From Octopus sinensis (taxonomy: Eukaryota): 64,000 nucleotides of DNA. The stretch covers positions 13,950,001-14,014,000 of the forward strand of contig NC_043015.1 in NCBI RefSeq assembly GCF_006345805.1, written 5' to 3'. The position numbers were made by a program, and so were the translations under genes. The notes beneath the pieces were generated by a model. That model was not told where the DNA came from. It searched no databases and saw only the letters and a program-made list of their open reading frames with translations. Each line of letters opens with the position of its first letter. The first letter of the stretch is position 1. Of this stretch, positions 26,812 through 40,459 are shown one piece after another.

Positions 26812-27639
26812 AATATGCGTGCATGTGTGTATCTGTTTGTGCATTCCATATGTGTGCATATTTTCAGTCTAGAAACTCCATATGGAGAATCCTTAGAATG
26901 CCTGTACTAGCAATCCTTAGAATGACTGTACTAGCAATCTATTGTATTTGAAGAATGTGAATCAATTTGCTATGTGTTCTTTCTTGGATAACTCCAGAAT
27001 TTTAAGCTTTCTTATGCAAATCTGTTATCACATAGCTCAGTTCACTTATGATAACACTGTGTAACAAAATATTTATTTTATTTATTTATCTATTTATTTT
27101 TTGTCTTTAGTAAGTGTTATTTCCTATTTGCTTTTATCTAGAAACCAAAGGAAATTACAAAAATTCCCTTCAAACTTTGCTTTTATGACCTGGACTTCAA
27201 TGTTTTCAAACTCACCTATTTTCCATTACATTTCAGACAGATTCAGCACTGAGCTGCTGAAGCAGAAATATCGTTATAGCAAATATTCTGCTCAATACCA
27301 CAAATTTGCCTGTCAGTTGCTTGACCTTCACCACTTGAGAATGTCCCTTAGTAACTGACAATATGTGCATCTCTGATCATGAACAGGAGTAATGGAGGAA
27401 TATCATAGCCATGTGTTGAGAGGGAATTTTTTGGGGTTTGAATAAATGTAACAAAAGCAAAATGTGAAGGTAACATTAGCCATTTTTCATACTTTCCAGG
27501 AGTAAGCAAATAGGAAATAACTGTTGCTGCCTAAGGATAAAAATAGTGTTGCACAGTGTAATAGGTACAAAAGAAAACCTAGAGACTAGATATAATAGCT
27601 ACAAGGTTCTCGTTAGTTTCCCCATGGATGTTCTTTACC

Positions 27640-29230
27640 GCGGTATTAGATGAGACAATTCACATCCCTCAAGTACCTGATCTCTACAGCAGTACATGAT
27701 TTTTGCTCTCTGCCCTATAGAACAATATCTGACCTATTGGGTTTTACACTGAGTTCATGTTTTATTGGAACATCCCTAACCTTGAAGAAGTAACCAAATA
27801 AACACAAATAAACTGTTGGAAACAACCTGGCTTTGCAAGCAAAAGTGTAGAATTTTTCAAATGGAATGATTCTGATTCAGAGCTAACAGATATATTTCAT
27901 GAAGTGTATGTTTTGGTCTGGAATAAAGAAGCTCTTCACCCAGTCTTTGAGGAACGTGCTAATCATCCCCCCCTCTCTCTCTCTCTGAAAGGAAGGTCAC
28001 AGTGATTTCTGTGAAAATTACCTAGAAATGGTTTTACACTCCGTTGTTGGGAAGGTATTTTCCAAGGTCCTCCTGAACTGTTTACAAATACGAATTCTGG
28101 CTTTTACTTTGAACATAGCATTGCTGATGTGATATTCAATGTATATATTCCAATAAGACATCCGTCCGTCAGCTCAGAAAAGTGCAACGAACAAAACTTC
28201 AGCCTCTATCGATGTTTTTTCGATCTCTAAAAAAGTGTTTACCGTAGTCAATCTGGAAACATTATAGAAGATTCTACTTAAGATCAATTGTTATCACTAT
28301 TTTGTTTCACTTATTCGATATTTACATGATATGAACGCATGGATGTAGTTCTCTCACAGAGAACAATTTCGGCTAGAAATGGCTGAAAACTGGGCTGCAT
28401 TCTTGCATCAAAGCTTTCCAGAATCTTTTTTTCAGAAGTTTGAAGGATTTCTTTCAAAACAGTCGCAAATGGAATCTTTATTTTTTGTAGGTCTGCTGTT
28501 GAACTTTTCAATCTACGTGGATCTCATGCAAACAATTAGTCGCTAGTAGAGCTTTTACATGACCTACTCTATGCCGATAATTGTAATCTTGTAAGAGATC
28601 ACACTGAGAATGATATGCGGGATCATATGGACTGCTTCTCCAAAGCATGTTCATTCTTTGCCCTTAAAATAAGCGTGAATAAGATAGTCAAAATGTACAA
28701 ACCAGCTCCAAGTATACTGTTCGTTGAACTAAATATTTTTGTTTTAAGGTTGTAGATCAGTTCATCCTTTGGTAATATACTCTCGAAAATGGATTCTTAG
28801 ACATCGAGATCTCTCGGTTGCAGCCACTAAAAGGAGGAGGCGAAGGAAGAGAAGGAGGAGTGTGAAAAACAACCAAGCTTTTCGGGGCTACTGGTGAAAC
28901 GATACGGAGCTAATGTGGTACCAAGGTACTAAGTTCAATATAAATTAAGCTTATTCTATTTCAGACCTTTTTTTATGTCTGTGAAGCTGTCATCTCAGCC
29001 CTTTTATATCTTTGTAGAGTATAACTAGTATATAAACTTTACCTAAAAATCTTGAAGCGGTTCCATCAACGCTGCTTGTGCAGAATTTTTACCATAAAAT
29101 TTTCCGCTTTTCCACCAAATTCAGAAGTCCTTCAGATTAGTCGGATTCTAAGCATATGAAGCATTCTTCTCAAGTGTTGTCTTCAACAGTGCGGACACGT
29201 TATTAGAACGGATAAGTGGAATTTTTACTG
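27640..29230 (+). mobile_element. Highly degenerate RTE-clade LINE (linker, RT and post-RT)
   Basis: Fragmentary frames: PNLEEV, GKVFSKVLLN, RQL.EKCNEQN..LY..F.DL, DLLYADNC...DHMDCFSKACSFFALKISVNK, LKRFHQRCL. Confidence 0.75.
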
Positions 29231-29593
29231 GGAATCGGCTTTTATGCCAACCAAATATCCGTTACAAAAACAGTCTGAAAATTCCTTAAAAGAAACTATT
29301 GTAGCAGTATATGATTGGGAAGAAGTATCGTTGTCAAACCCTCTTGAAAAAATATTTCATCTAAATCTGTCACAATTTGATACGAACAGAAAAGAATACA
29401 ACACCAAAAACTTGCTATACAATGAAATATTTTTATGCATTTTATTGCACGTACATACGCTGTTTGTAAAACCTAACAAAAAACTTTCTCTTTAAGCCCG
29501 TTAGGCCCTGTCGAATGAACGTTTCTTTTAATAATCATTGACTATTTTATGTATGTATTCTTTTAGATACAAGCAATACATAATACATACATA

Positions 29594-31216
29594 CAGTGGG
29601 GGGGGGGATAAATATTCGTACACGTCAAAATTCTTTATTTATTTAATTTCTAATGAACATGAATGGAATATACCAATACTATATTTGCATACACATGCAT
29701 AAAACTAAAAATATGCAAAAGAAACTAATAAATTATAGTAACTAATGAATTTATATACAATTATAAATTTTTAGGGGTGAAAAATGTATTCATACAGAAT
29801 AAATTTATGATTTATGATTTCTATGCCACAAAATACTGTTAAAATAATTTTTTTTACTAGAACTTTCTCGTTTGTTCCAATAATCATATCAGTTGTCATT
29901 TTTAAGTGTCAAAACACTAGCTTCTTCATTCAGCACTGAGACAACAAAGTAGTATCGTAATAATGGGGAAAAGTAAAGAACTCACAAATTCAGTGAAAAA
30001 CTCAATTATTGAACAGTGGAAAGCAGGTAAAAGTTACAGGAAAATATCAGAGATCCTTTGTATTCCATTTTCTACCATATCTTCATTTATTCAAATACAT
30101 AAAAAAGATCGGGAACTGTTAAAAACAGAATAAGATCCGGTGCACCATGCAAGATTTCCCCTGGTCTTTAAGAAAAATGAAGCGAAGAATCGAAAAAAAA
30201 AAAACGCAATGATCACCAGAAACGAGTTGCAAGAAGATTTGTTAGCTTCGGGGACTAATGTTACACTACGAACAATCAGCAATGAACTTCATAGGAATGA
30301 ACTGAAGTCACGCTCCCCTAGAAAAACTTCACTGTTGACTAAAAGGCATAGAGATGCCGGTTTAAATTTTGTTTATGAACATAAAGATAAATCTGATACA
30401 TTCTGGGAAAATGTTCTATGGACAGATGAGTCGAAAATTGAATTGTTTAGACGAAATTCGCGTAGCCATGTTTGGAGGAAAGATGGTACCACCTATTCGC
30501 CGAAAAACACAATTCCTACTGTAAAGTTTGGAGGTGGCAACATCATGGTGTGGGGGTGTTTCTCTGCAAAGAATACTGGCAATTTACATGTGATAGATGG
30601 TAGAATGAATGCAGAGATGTACCAAAATATTTTGAACAATAATTTATGGGACTCTGTAGAAAAGCTCCAGCTTTGTGAAGGGTAGGTTTTACAACTGGAT
30701 AACGGCTCTAAGCACACGGCGAAGTCTATCAAAAATGGATTGTCAATCAGAATATAAAATTATTAGAATGGCCAAGCCAGTCCCTTGACTTGAACCCTAT
30801 TGAAAATTTGTGGCGTTATTTGAAAGTTACAATTCATTTAAGAGTCCCAAAATGCATTGCAGATTTGAAGAAAATTTGTCAAGAAGAATGGGAAAAAATT
30901 CCTAAAGAAACATGCAAGTCATTGATTAAGAACTACAAGAAGAAATTGGTTGAAGTGGAACTGAATAATGGTTAGGTTACGAAGTATTAAATCATAATTA
31001 TCAGTTATTTATGTTCTGTACGAATACTTTTTTCACCCCGAAATATTTATGATTGCATATAAATTCATTAGTTACTGTAATTTATTGGTTTCTTTTGCAT
31101 ATTCTTAGTTTATGCATGTGTATTCAAATATAGTATTGGTATATCCCATTTATGTTCATTAGAAATTAAATAAATAAAGAATTTTGACATGTACGAATAT
31201 TTATTTGCACCCACTG
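29594..31216 (+). mobile_element. Near full-length Tc1 (DD34E) transposon with ~210-bp TIRs and TA TSDs
   Basis: TA|cagtggg...aaatattcgtacacgtcaaaattc at 29594 mirrors gaattttgacatgtacgaatattt...cccactg|TA at 31216; 1623 bp. Confidence 0.95.
29963..30990 (+). pseudogene. Tc1 transposase, frameshifted with premature stop
   Basis: MGKSKELTNSVKNSII (paired-like HTH), [49 protein letters not shown]. Frameshift near 30110, TAG at ~30683. Confidence 0.92.
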
Positions 31217-31260
31217 TACATACATACATACATACATACATACATACATACATACATACA

Positions 31261-31845
31261 TACAAAGTAGTATCAAAAAGTTCCTGGACTAGTTATGTTC
31301 ACTAAGAAATAGCTTATTTAACTAAGCGTGTCGAGTACCTTCTGCAATTCGCTCTTGATCTCGACAACAGTGTTAAAATGGCTACCTTTGATTATCTTCC
31401 AACGATCATCATGCACAAGCTGATGAAGTTTCCCCACATTTCCGGGGGTGACGCTCGTGGCAGGTCTTCCAGATCGCTCATCGTCTCCCAGAGACATTCT
31501 TCCATTTTTTGAAGCGCCAGTGCCACTCGAACCATTGCGTACGACCCATTGCCTCTTGGCCGTAAGCTTTCCGAAGCATGCTCAATGTCTTTGTAGCAGA
31601 TTTCCCAAGTTTAACGCAAAATGTCACGTTGGCTCTTTGTTCCAACTTGACAAAAATCGCAGACTACAGCATATACGTGATCACGAAAACACAAATTTCA
31701 CAACTTGTGAAGTAAACACAGCGATGTTACTCGGCACACTGCCTCATGAAGGTCACTGCTAGCTCTCACTGCGCAGGCAACCGTATGCTGCCATTTGTTG
31801 GCGCGCAACATAAACAGTCCGGGAACGTTTCGATACCACCTTGCA
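31261..31845 (-). mobile_element. 585-bp internally deleted mariner, same family as 17179-18245
   Basis: TIRs tacaaagtagtatcaaaaagttcctggact / agtccgggaacgtttcgataccaccttgca. The interior joins the 3' transposase end to the HTH region; both parts match the 17-18 kb copy. Confidence 0.88.
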
Positions 31846-32456
31846 CATACATATATACATACCAGCGGACACGTGTGGACAGCTGTCACGCATGTATATT
31901 TGCATATATGAATGTATGTACTCATGCATCTATGTACATGTGTATGTATGTATGCATGTTTTTCGATGTATGTGGATAAAGGATGTAAAAGTCAATAGAA
32001 AGACGGAGCTATTGAAACTAAGTCCTTTGCAGGAGCTATAAACACTCCCATGTCACTCTGCCCATTAGTAATCCAAAGCAATTGGCTAATGGGATAACTG
32101 TAACCAACGACGGTATTATCAATAAATATAGAGAGATATAAAACAAAGATAAAACCGTAAATCAACAGGTATAGGTTATTTACGTATGTTGTTAGGCGTT
32201 ACTAGAAACAGAAATAAAGTGATATTTGACAAGTGTGTTGGAGATACATAAAGTAATAATTTCTAACACAAACACACGGCCTCAAATTTTGGGAATGGAG
32301 TAAAGTTAATTTAATCGATCCAAATGTTTGACTGGTACAAATTGAATGGAGACCGGAAGCCTTGTTTCCCCTTTGTGCGCGTGTTGCACGAAATACATTA
32401 ATGCGCCCCTAAAAAGTTAGGTGTCTAAAATGTTGTAATAATGAATACACAAACAG

Positions 32457-32529
32457 AAACGTTTAGCTAAGAGATTATCTTCAATAATGCTAATAGCATT
32501 ATTGAAGATAATCTCTTAGCTAAACGTTT
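32457..32529. repeat. Perfect 73-bp palindrome (36-bp arms, 1-nt spacer)
   Basis: aaacgtttagctaagagattatcttcaataatgcta-a-tagcattattgaagataatctcttagctaaacgttt. Confidence 0.95.
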
Positions 32530-32747
32530 TTGTTAAGTTGATTTTTTAAAAAATACTATATTTGCACATCATTCATAAAACTCCCCTCATCTGTTCCAGT
32601 TTGTGCAGTAGCTTCACGACTACAGCAAAGGTTTGGTGGACAGTATTTACATAAAAGTTTACAAAGTTTTCCAATTCTATAGAAAGCTCATCTTGCTGTG
32701 TTTTTGTTAAATAGCCAGCTATGTAACATGGTTAATATATATACACC

Positions 32748-32908
32748 GTTGACAAGCAAGTTACTGCAATTTTCGTCCGAGATAAAATCTCTTATGGACG
32801 TGCTATGCCTGAAAACACAATATATATTGAAAATTATTTCTAAACATAGTACATGTATAAGAGATTTTTTTTATGTCGGACGAAAACTGCAGTAACTTGC
32901 CTGTCAAC
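32748..32908. mobile_element. MITE with ~60-bp TIRs
   Basis: gttgacaagcaagttactgcaattttcgtccgag / gtcggacgaaaactgcagtaacttgcctgtcaac; related termini at ~54800 and ~55450. Confidence 0.75.
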
Positions 32909-35243
32909 ACTAAATATGATACACAAACAGCTAATTTAACTTAATACTCTTTCCATTGCGTACACTGGATTATTGTGTGTGCTTATTTTTAAATATTGAT
33001 TGAAAATGTCGACTTCAAAGTAAGTGAAGTGTGTGGAATATAAAAGAACTATCAGTTAGTTTAAAGTGCAATACCTCGAATAAACTTATAGAAACTGCTG
33101 CACTGAAGGCTCATAAAGTCATGAACGTTCTGCTACAAAGAAATATTTATGTATTTTTCAGAAACTGGAGTTAACTTTTGTGATGTCGTGATTTGACAAC
33201 TGCAGAAGTTGATGAAAAGAAGATAGAGGCTATTTGAAACTTCAACATTTTGAAGCGTCATTTGTCGAGTAAATTGCATTTGAACGGTATTAAAAAAATC
33301 AGAGAGCAAAACTTATCATCACTCGTTAAAGTAAGGTTATGATGACACTTGTACTTCAAAATGAAGTTTTATGACCTCTCAAAGTTAATCAGCATCGAGG
33401 GAAAATCTTGTGCAGATTGTGGGTGAGGTTTTGGTATAATGTCTCAACTCAAATTTATGTTGAGAAACAGTTTAGGTTAATGTCATTTGGATATTGCTAA
33501 TGAGAATAAATAGCTAAATCGAATGGAAGTTGCATTAATCTATGCAGCGTTTACAAAAAAAATGAGTAAATATCAAAGAAGAGAAAGAGATTAATGAAGT
33601 GAGTGACTTAAATGTGTGTTATTCTGTGTGATGTTTTATAAGCACACGTAAACTGTACTGTGTGTGAAAATGTTTATATTAAGTAACTGGATAATTTGTC
33701 ATCAAGCTTTAAATGGAATGAGTTTCAATTTAACCATTTCCAGCAAATTTAATTATAATAATGACCAATGAATTTGAAGAGTGTTATTGGTTATTGATTT
33801 ATTTTGACATTGCTCCACATAAAATTTTAGAAAGCTTAGCCATGTTTTTGTTAATGAAGCGTCAAACGGATATGCCACGTCGTAGAATAGAAATCATATC
33901 CACCACTGGCAAAACTCTTGCTCTTGTGCAAACGATTTTTTAAAAGGAGGTAGAGAGAAATGTTTTAAGGAATTTTATTAAAAGAAAATTCACTAAACTT
34001 TCAAAAACTTTTAAAATTATATTTTCTTTTAATAAAAATTTATAAAAATTCATGATTCTTCTTTTGGTAAAGTTCTTAGACACCGCTAACCATACAATAG
34101 TTTCGAAAGCTTATTTTATTTGAATTCCCACAAATAATTTTAAATGTACTAAGAAAGAGTTGGAATTTTCTCATATCCTCATTAAAACATGACGATGCAG
34201 TTTGTCATGAAAGATAAGCTGTGCTAAAATTATCTTGAAACGATTTCAGTTTATTTTTGTATAAGCATTGCGTACTCACCTTTTTTACATGAAATAACTT
34301 GCAAAGAAAAAATGTGCAACAGAATCATTTTGCGTACACTAACAGCTAAAAATTAGAGGAAACCTAACCATGGAGGGTAAAAGGCAAAGTCAACCTTAAC
34401 GAAATTAAGTTCTGAACAGAAGAAATACCACAAAACATTCATCATTTGTGCCATAATGCATATGTTCGACTTCATTGATTAATTTTTCAAGCTCATTTAT
34501 AATGGAGGCATGTGACTGAGAAATGCTTCGGTGTTTCTTAGGAACGTGATTGCTGAGAGTTAAGTTAATTTACTTCGATCACCAATCAAAACCCGCCGTA
34601 GATTCAGACTTCTAGAAGCTTAGTTCTTATTACTTGATAATCTATTGCCACCGTATTCCATTCAGATATGCTGGACTTGTATTTTCGGAGTCAGGAAAAC
34701 ATTGACAGTTATGTTATTTGACTTTCTCGAGTTAATTAAACCAGTAAAGTACATGAAATTGACTCAACTGAAATCGAAGTTTCCCAGATTCGGTTTATTT
34801 CTGAAAGTTAGAGTTAAGTATTTTGTTACATATAATGGTTACCAAATATTTGTCTCTGCATCTGTCTCTGTTTGTCTGTATCTCTCCCTCTCTCCTCCCT
34901 CTCCCCCCTCTCTCTCTCTCTCTATGTATATATTATGTATGTATGTATGCGTGTGTGAGTGTGCGCGCTATGTGTTTGTATATATGTGTGTGTGTTTGTG
35001 TATGTGCACATTTTTATTTATTTATTTATTTATTAAATATATATAACTATCAAAAAGTATTAAAAAGTTTAATATAAGATAAAAAGTAACCACTATTAGG
35101 CAAATCAAACAGGAAAAACATAAACCAAAACATAGAAATAAAATTAATTAATATAATATACAAAATATATAAAATATAAAATTCAAAATTTAAATTATTT
35201 AAATTTAAAGTTAAAAATTTAAATTATTAATTTATATTTATAA

Positions 35244-35315
<72 letters not shown>

Positions 35316-36789
35316 CCACCATCTCTATATGCAATACTAATAAAACTACCTTCAACGCCCAAACCACTTCAACCACCGCCATGACCAACCCATGAACTCT
35401 TTAATGATCAAAAACAATAGCAACAATAGTGTGAACAGGATGAACAGTCAACTCTAAAATTTAGAAAATAACATGGGATAATGTGATGCTCTAATACATT
35501 TGAAATATTGAAGGAAGTGCCTTTCATCTTATGTTAATGGTGTTTGACATGAGACGAACCTGCAACAACATTCAGTTAAAAAGAACAATATGACCACTGC
35601 CACCACCCACAATAACATCGCCATCGCCGTCATCCAGACTAACATCACTAACGACCCACAAAGTTTTGAAAAACCAAACAGCATCAGTAATAATAGTATC
35701 AGCATGACTAAAATGTCTGTAGCTACACGTGTTTTACGTCAGTACAACGATGTGTATATGTGTGTGTGTGTGTTTGAATAGTGTGTGGAGGTTTTATGGG
35801 TCAAGACGGAAGTGAAGGTAGCAAAGTACTCATGAACTTGGTAACCTTTCAATTAACTGTATTCATGCAGTATTTACTCCTTCCTCACTCATACACCTTT
35901 TCATTTCATTTCCAGTCTTACATTCATAGGAATAAGACAACAATTTTATGCTCTCACAAAATACTTATTTCTTAGTGCTGTTTTTTACTTCATATTTTTT
36001 GAGGATAATTGATCATCGCCGTTGTTGAATTAACCTAAAAGTCAAGATGTCTGGAAAGAAGCCATCAATAGGAAGCGCGCTTGCTATCTGAAACCGCAAA
36101 AAGATTACACGGCACATTAAACTTGTTATTTTTTTAAATTTCTTGATGCAGACGAAAACACCAACTACATTGACAGAACATTAAGACTTGCAACACCTAC
36201 AATAGGAACTATACGGGACAAGAGAGAGAAAATTAAGTCAAGTACTCAAGAACTGCTCGAACTTTGTTTTCACAGATCTAATGTGATGCTTAAAATGGAA
36301 TGGCTCTTAGGTGTATAAAATGAGGATTATACTCAATGTAATGTACCGATAAGCACGATGAGATTTAAAAAGAAAAAAGCTATAAGTTTGTGTGGCGGTT
36401 TACTGTAAAAGCGCTTTAATTTGTACAACAAATTTGCCAGTACTGTTACAGAGGCTGCTGTTCAATGCCCTGAGTAGCTGAAAAAAAATTATTGTTAAAG
36501 AGGCCTACCAACAACAGCATTATATAATGTAGATGACATTATATTTTTATTTTTCGAAAAGAAAAAGACAACCAAGATTTAAAGCTTCCATAAATCGTTT
36601 GACACTTCATCTTTAAGGTAATGCCGCTTCTAATATGAAATTAAGATCCCCTACTCGTCTATCATTGCGAAAATCCAAGAGACTTGAAGGGTTGCACAAA
36701 GTTTAATTAATCTTTGATTCGGGGTTCAAACAAGAAAGTATAGATACCATGCTATCCGTTTTTTCAACTATTTAATACTTTCCTGATTA

Positions 36790-37385
36790 TTCTGGCAGGC
36801 CAAGGAGGCAAACCTTTTGCAACAGTTCTACTGGGCACTCTATTCCAATTTGTTTTATATTCCCCTTAATGCCTTCTGATACTGGCCCCAAGGACCCAAC
36901 AATAATTGGGACTATCTTTACCTTCTTCATTCTCCATAGCAGGGCTATTTCGTACTTAAAAGGGTTATATTTATCTATTTTTTGCTTTCCTTCTTGACTA
37001 TTCTTAGATAAGTGGGGTTGCAACATCCACCATATAGCACATGTGGTGCATCTTGGTCCGGTTTGTTATGCTTTAGCACCTGATCTGTTTGGATTGGGAA
37101 ATCCCAGAGGATTTTGCTAATCTCCGACTCCGCCACTCTCTGCAATTTGGGCTCATACCACATCTTACTTCTTTCTATCCCCCACTTTTCGCATACTTTC
37201 CAATGTGGCACTTTCGCTACCTGATCGTGTCGCCATAACTTGTAGCGGTTTGGGGCAAGTCTAGGACATTCTTCTGTGATATGGGAAATAGTTTCATCCA
37301 CTCTATTATAGATGCGGCACAGTGGAGACACTTGCTCATTCCAAAGGTTGACTATCCAGTTCGTGACGAAAGCCTGGTCTTTCGG
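36790..37385 (-). mobile_element. R4/Dong-clade LINE 3' region (CCHC knuckle + restriction-like endonuclease)
   Basis: SPLCRIYNRVDETISHITEEC..LA...RHDQVAK..HWKVC...ILWDFPIQTD..KHNKPD, then KIDKY...EIALLW..KVKIVPIIVGSLG...LQKVCLLG. Confidence 0.88.
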
Positions 37386-37709
37386 AGTCGATAAATTAAG
37401 CAGCAGTGAAACACTGGGATTGATGTAGACCCTCCCCCAAAATTTCAGGAATTGTGCCTTTAGAAAGGAAAGAAGGAAAGAAGGAAGGAAGGAAGGAAGG
37501 AAGGAAGGAAGGAAGGAAGGAAGGAAGGGAGGGAAGAAGGAAGGGAGGAAGGAAGGAAGGAAGGAAGGATGGATCTTTGCCTTTTATCATTTCGGGGTCG
37601 ATGAAATAAATACCAGTTAAGCACTGGGACAAATATAATCGATTAGTCTCCTTCTCTCAGATTTTAGGCCTTATGCTTATAATCGAAAGGATGATTATTA
37701 TAGTAAAAA

Positions 37710-37916
37710 CTGCGAGCTGGCAGAATCGTTAGCACACCGGGCAAAATGCTTAGCGGCATTTCGCCCATCTTTACGCTCTGAGTTCAAATATCGCCGCGAC
37801 CGAATTTTCCTTTTATTCTTTTTATTCGATAAATTAGTAGCAATTGAGTACTGGGATCGATGTAACTGACACACCCTTTCTATCGAAATTGCTGGCCTTG
37901 TATAAAAATTTGAAGC

Positions 37917-37968
<52 letters not shown>

Positions 37969-37990
37969 GTTATTATTATTATTATTATTT
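37710..37990 (+). mobile_element. SINE family 'A' with long (ATT)n tail
   Basis: gcgagctggcagaatcgttagcacaccgggc...ggccttgtataaaaatttgaa followed by ~70 bp of (ATT)n. Confidence 0.85.
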
Positions 37991-39214
37991 TGGTATCCAC
38001 GTGTTCATGAAGAAACTACATTGCTCAGAAGCAAGGAATGTCATCTGCCAGTGGTTGCGATATGGAGTAAAAACAGTGTAAATAGAGAGTAAATATAGTG
38101 TAAATAAAGATTAAATGAAGAAATGCATTTCGTAAAACTAGGACCAGTCTAGAATAACTCGCTTTAGTTGTATGCTTATATGACGTACTGCCACTACATA
38201 AGAAAACAAACTACATGGTCTTAAATACACATTGACAAAAAGGTTGATTTACTACAAAAAGAATAAACTTGAGCATTCTAACCCTGTGGTAGATGCGAAA
38301 ATATTATATTAAACTCTCATTGAGTATCTGACTATATTTCTTCTCTTTAAAGTGGGTGGCCTTATACTAAAAAGTACCAATTATATATACTGTTATCGTT
38401 TCAATCTTTTAATATTGTTTGTCATTCCATTACTTAGCCCGTCGGTAACGCTTTCACGTGATTAGAGAAAAAGGAGAGAGAAAAAGTGGGAGAGAGAAGC
38501 ATCCTTGATGTGAAGTAGAGGGAATGTAATTGTAGTTGAAGGGAAAAAGAGGAAAAAGAAAAAGGAGAAAGAAAAAGAGGATAAGGCGAAGAGTGAGACA
38601 GAAAGAGAGGAGAGAAAAAGACGGAGAGAGAAGCGCCCATGACGTGAGGTAGGGGGAACGTAATAATTATTACATGGTCAAAAGAGTTGGTTGAAGGTCG
38701 TGATAATATAGACGAGGAGAGTTAAAAATGTATTTTAGCAGAGAGGTGATGTTCTGATGGTGAAGTTAAAGAAAGACAAGAGAGAGGGGGCAGCGGGAGA
38801 GTGGAGGAGGAGGAGGAGGAGGATGTGGTGGTGGTGGTGGTGGTAGTGGTGGTGGTGGAGGCGGCGGTGTTGACTGGATAGTAGAAAGTGTATTTTTTTA
38901 ATTGAACTAAGTTTTTTTTATATCACCTATCACTTAACGAATGCGCATAAGTGCAATTCCGTGAAATATTCACGCTTATTTACGTGGCAGATGTACGCAA
39001 TTTAACTAAAGGTTGTATCATATGTACGGGATATTCTTTTAGGAGAAAAATGGAAAAATAAAAGTGAATATTTATTTATGAATGATGTGCATTAAGTCTA
39101 TAAAATTGTACATGAAGTTTATAAAGTGTATATATAAGATGTATTCAGTTATCATCGTATTCCAATTTCTTTCAATTATCTATGAGTAGTAGATGAGTGA
39201 CTATCTTTCCATAC

Positions 39215-39938
39215 AGCTAAATAATAATATCTTACTAACGTATATCTGTAGTCTGTGGTAGGTAAGTTACAGCTCATAACAGAACTTAGTACTTTGATGT
39301 CGCTGTTTCACGTCACCAATATCTCTAGTAAAATTATCGTCTTCCTCTGCTAAAATATCGCAAATACACCATAGTCATACGTGATAACAAATATTGAGCA
39401 ATATCTTAGATTTGTGTGAGTGTGTTAGTGTGTGTGAGTGTGTTAGTGTGTATATGTGTGAGTGTATGAGTATGTTAGTGTGTGTACGTGTGTGTGTAAA
39501 TATATATGGGCATTATATAATACCCATATATATTTACACACACTCACGCACACATACTCACACACATACACACTCACACAAATCTAATATATTGATCAGC
39601 ATTTATTATCAAGTATGACTATGGTGTGTGGAGGCGCGTGGCTTAGTGGTTAGGGTGTCAGCATCGTGATCGTAAGATTGTGGTTTCGATTCCTGGATCG
39701 GGCGACGCTTCACGTTTTTCCGGTTCACTCAGCTGCGTCCCGTCCAGCTGGAGAACATATATGCCATTGAAACCGGGAAACCTGGCCCACGAGCCTGGCT
39801 ATTATTATCAAGTATGACTATGGTATACCTGCGATATTGATGACGTGAAACAGCAACATCAAAGTACTAAGTTCTGCTATGAGCTGTAACTTACCTACTA
39901 CAGACTACAGATGTGCATTAGTAGGATATTATTAACTA
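39215..39938. repeat. ~720-bp foldback palindrome centred at 39516/39517
   Basis: Centre gtaaatatatatgggcattatataatacccatatatatttac; outer arms gtagtctgtggtaggtaagttacagctc (39248) versus gagctgtaacttacctactacagactac (~39905). Confidence 0.85.
39626..39801 (+). mobile_element. Internally deleted SINE (C head + core + tail type 1) with 23-bp TSD
   Basis: TSD ttattatcaagtatgactatggt at 39603-39625 and 39802-39824; tRNA-like head gtggaggcgcgtggcttagtggttagg. Confidence 0.92.
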
Positions 39939-40440
39939 GCGGGGCCCGTGAATATTTCACGGAATTAATGGTAAACTTATTGGGTTATTTCAGAAAACTT
40001 TATCCAAAAACCTTGAAAGCGTAGCCTGTGTTATATCTGCATAGAAAGACAGTCGCTCATCTGCTACACATTGAAAAGTGAAAGAAATTGGAATGCAATG
40101 GTAACTTAATACGCTTTATATACATACTTTATATACTTTATGCACAATTTTATTGTCTTAGTACACAGCACTCATAAAATAAATATTTACTCTTCCTTTT
40201 CCATTTTCCCGATAAAAAATGTATATGTGCACGTCTATATTCATGTATGAAAATATCTTTGTTTTAATGTTTTCTTCTTGGAGTTTAAGTCGGTCGCAAA
40301 CAAAGCGACAAGGCTGTTTGAGTTAAAACGACTTATGTTCTGTGTGAAAATGTCTCTTTAACATTTAGGTATCGGTGTGTGTGTGCGCGTTATGTGTGTG
40401 CCTCATTACATTTTACATATGTGTCTTTGTGGGTGCGTAC
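39934..40440 (-). mobile_element. Probable non-autonomous Helitron (3' end visible)
   Basis: Minus strand: hairpin ccgtgaaatattcacgg followed by gccccgCTAG|T; 5' boundary not established. Confidence 0.4.
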
Positions 40441-40459
40441 AACCAAGTGTGTATGCAGA

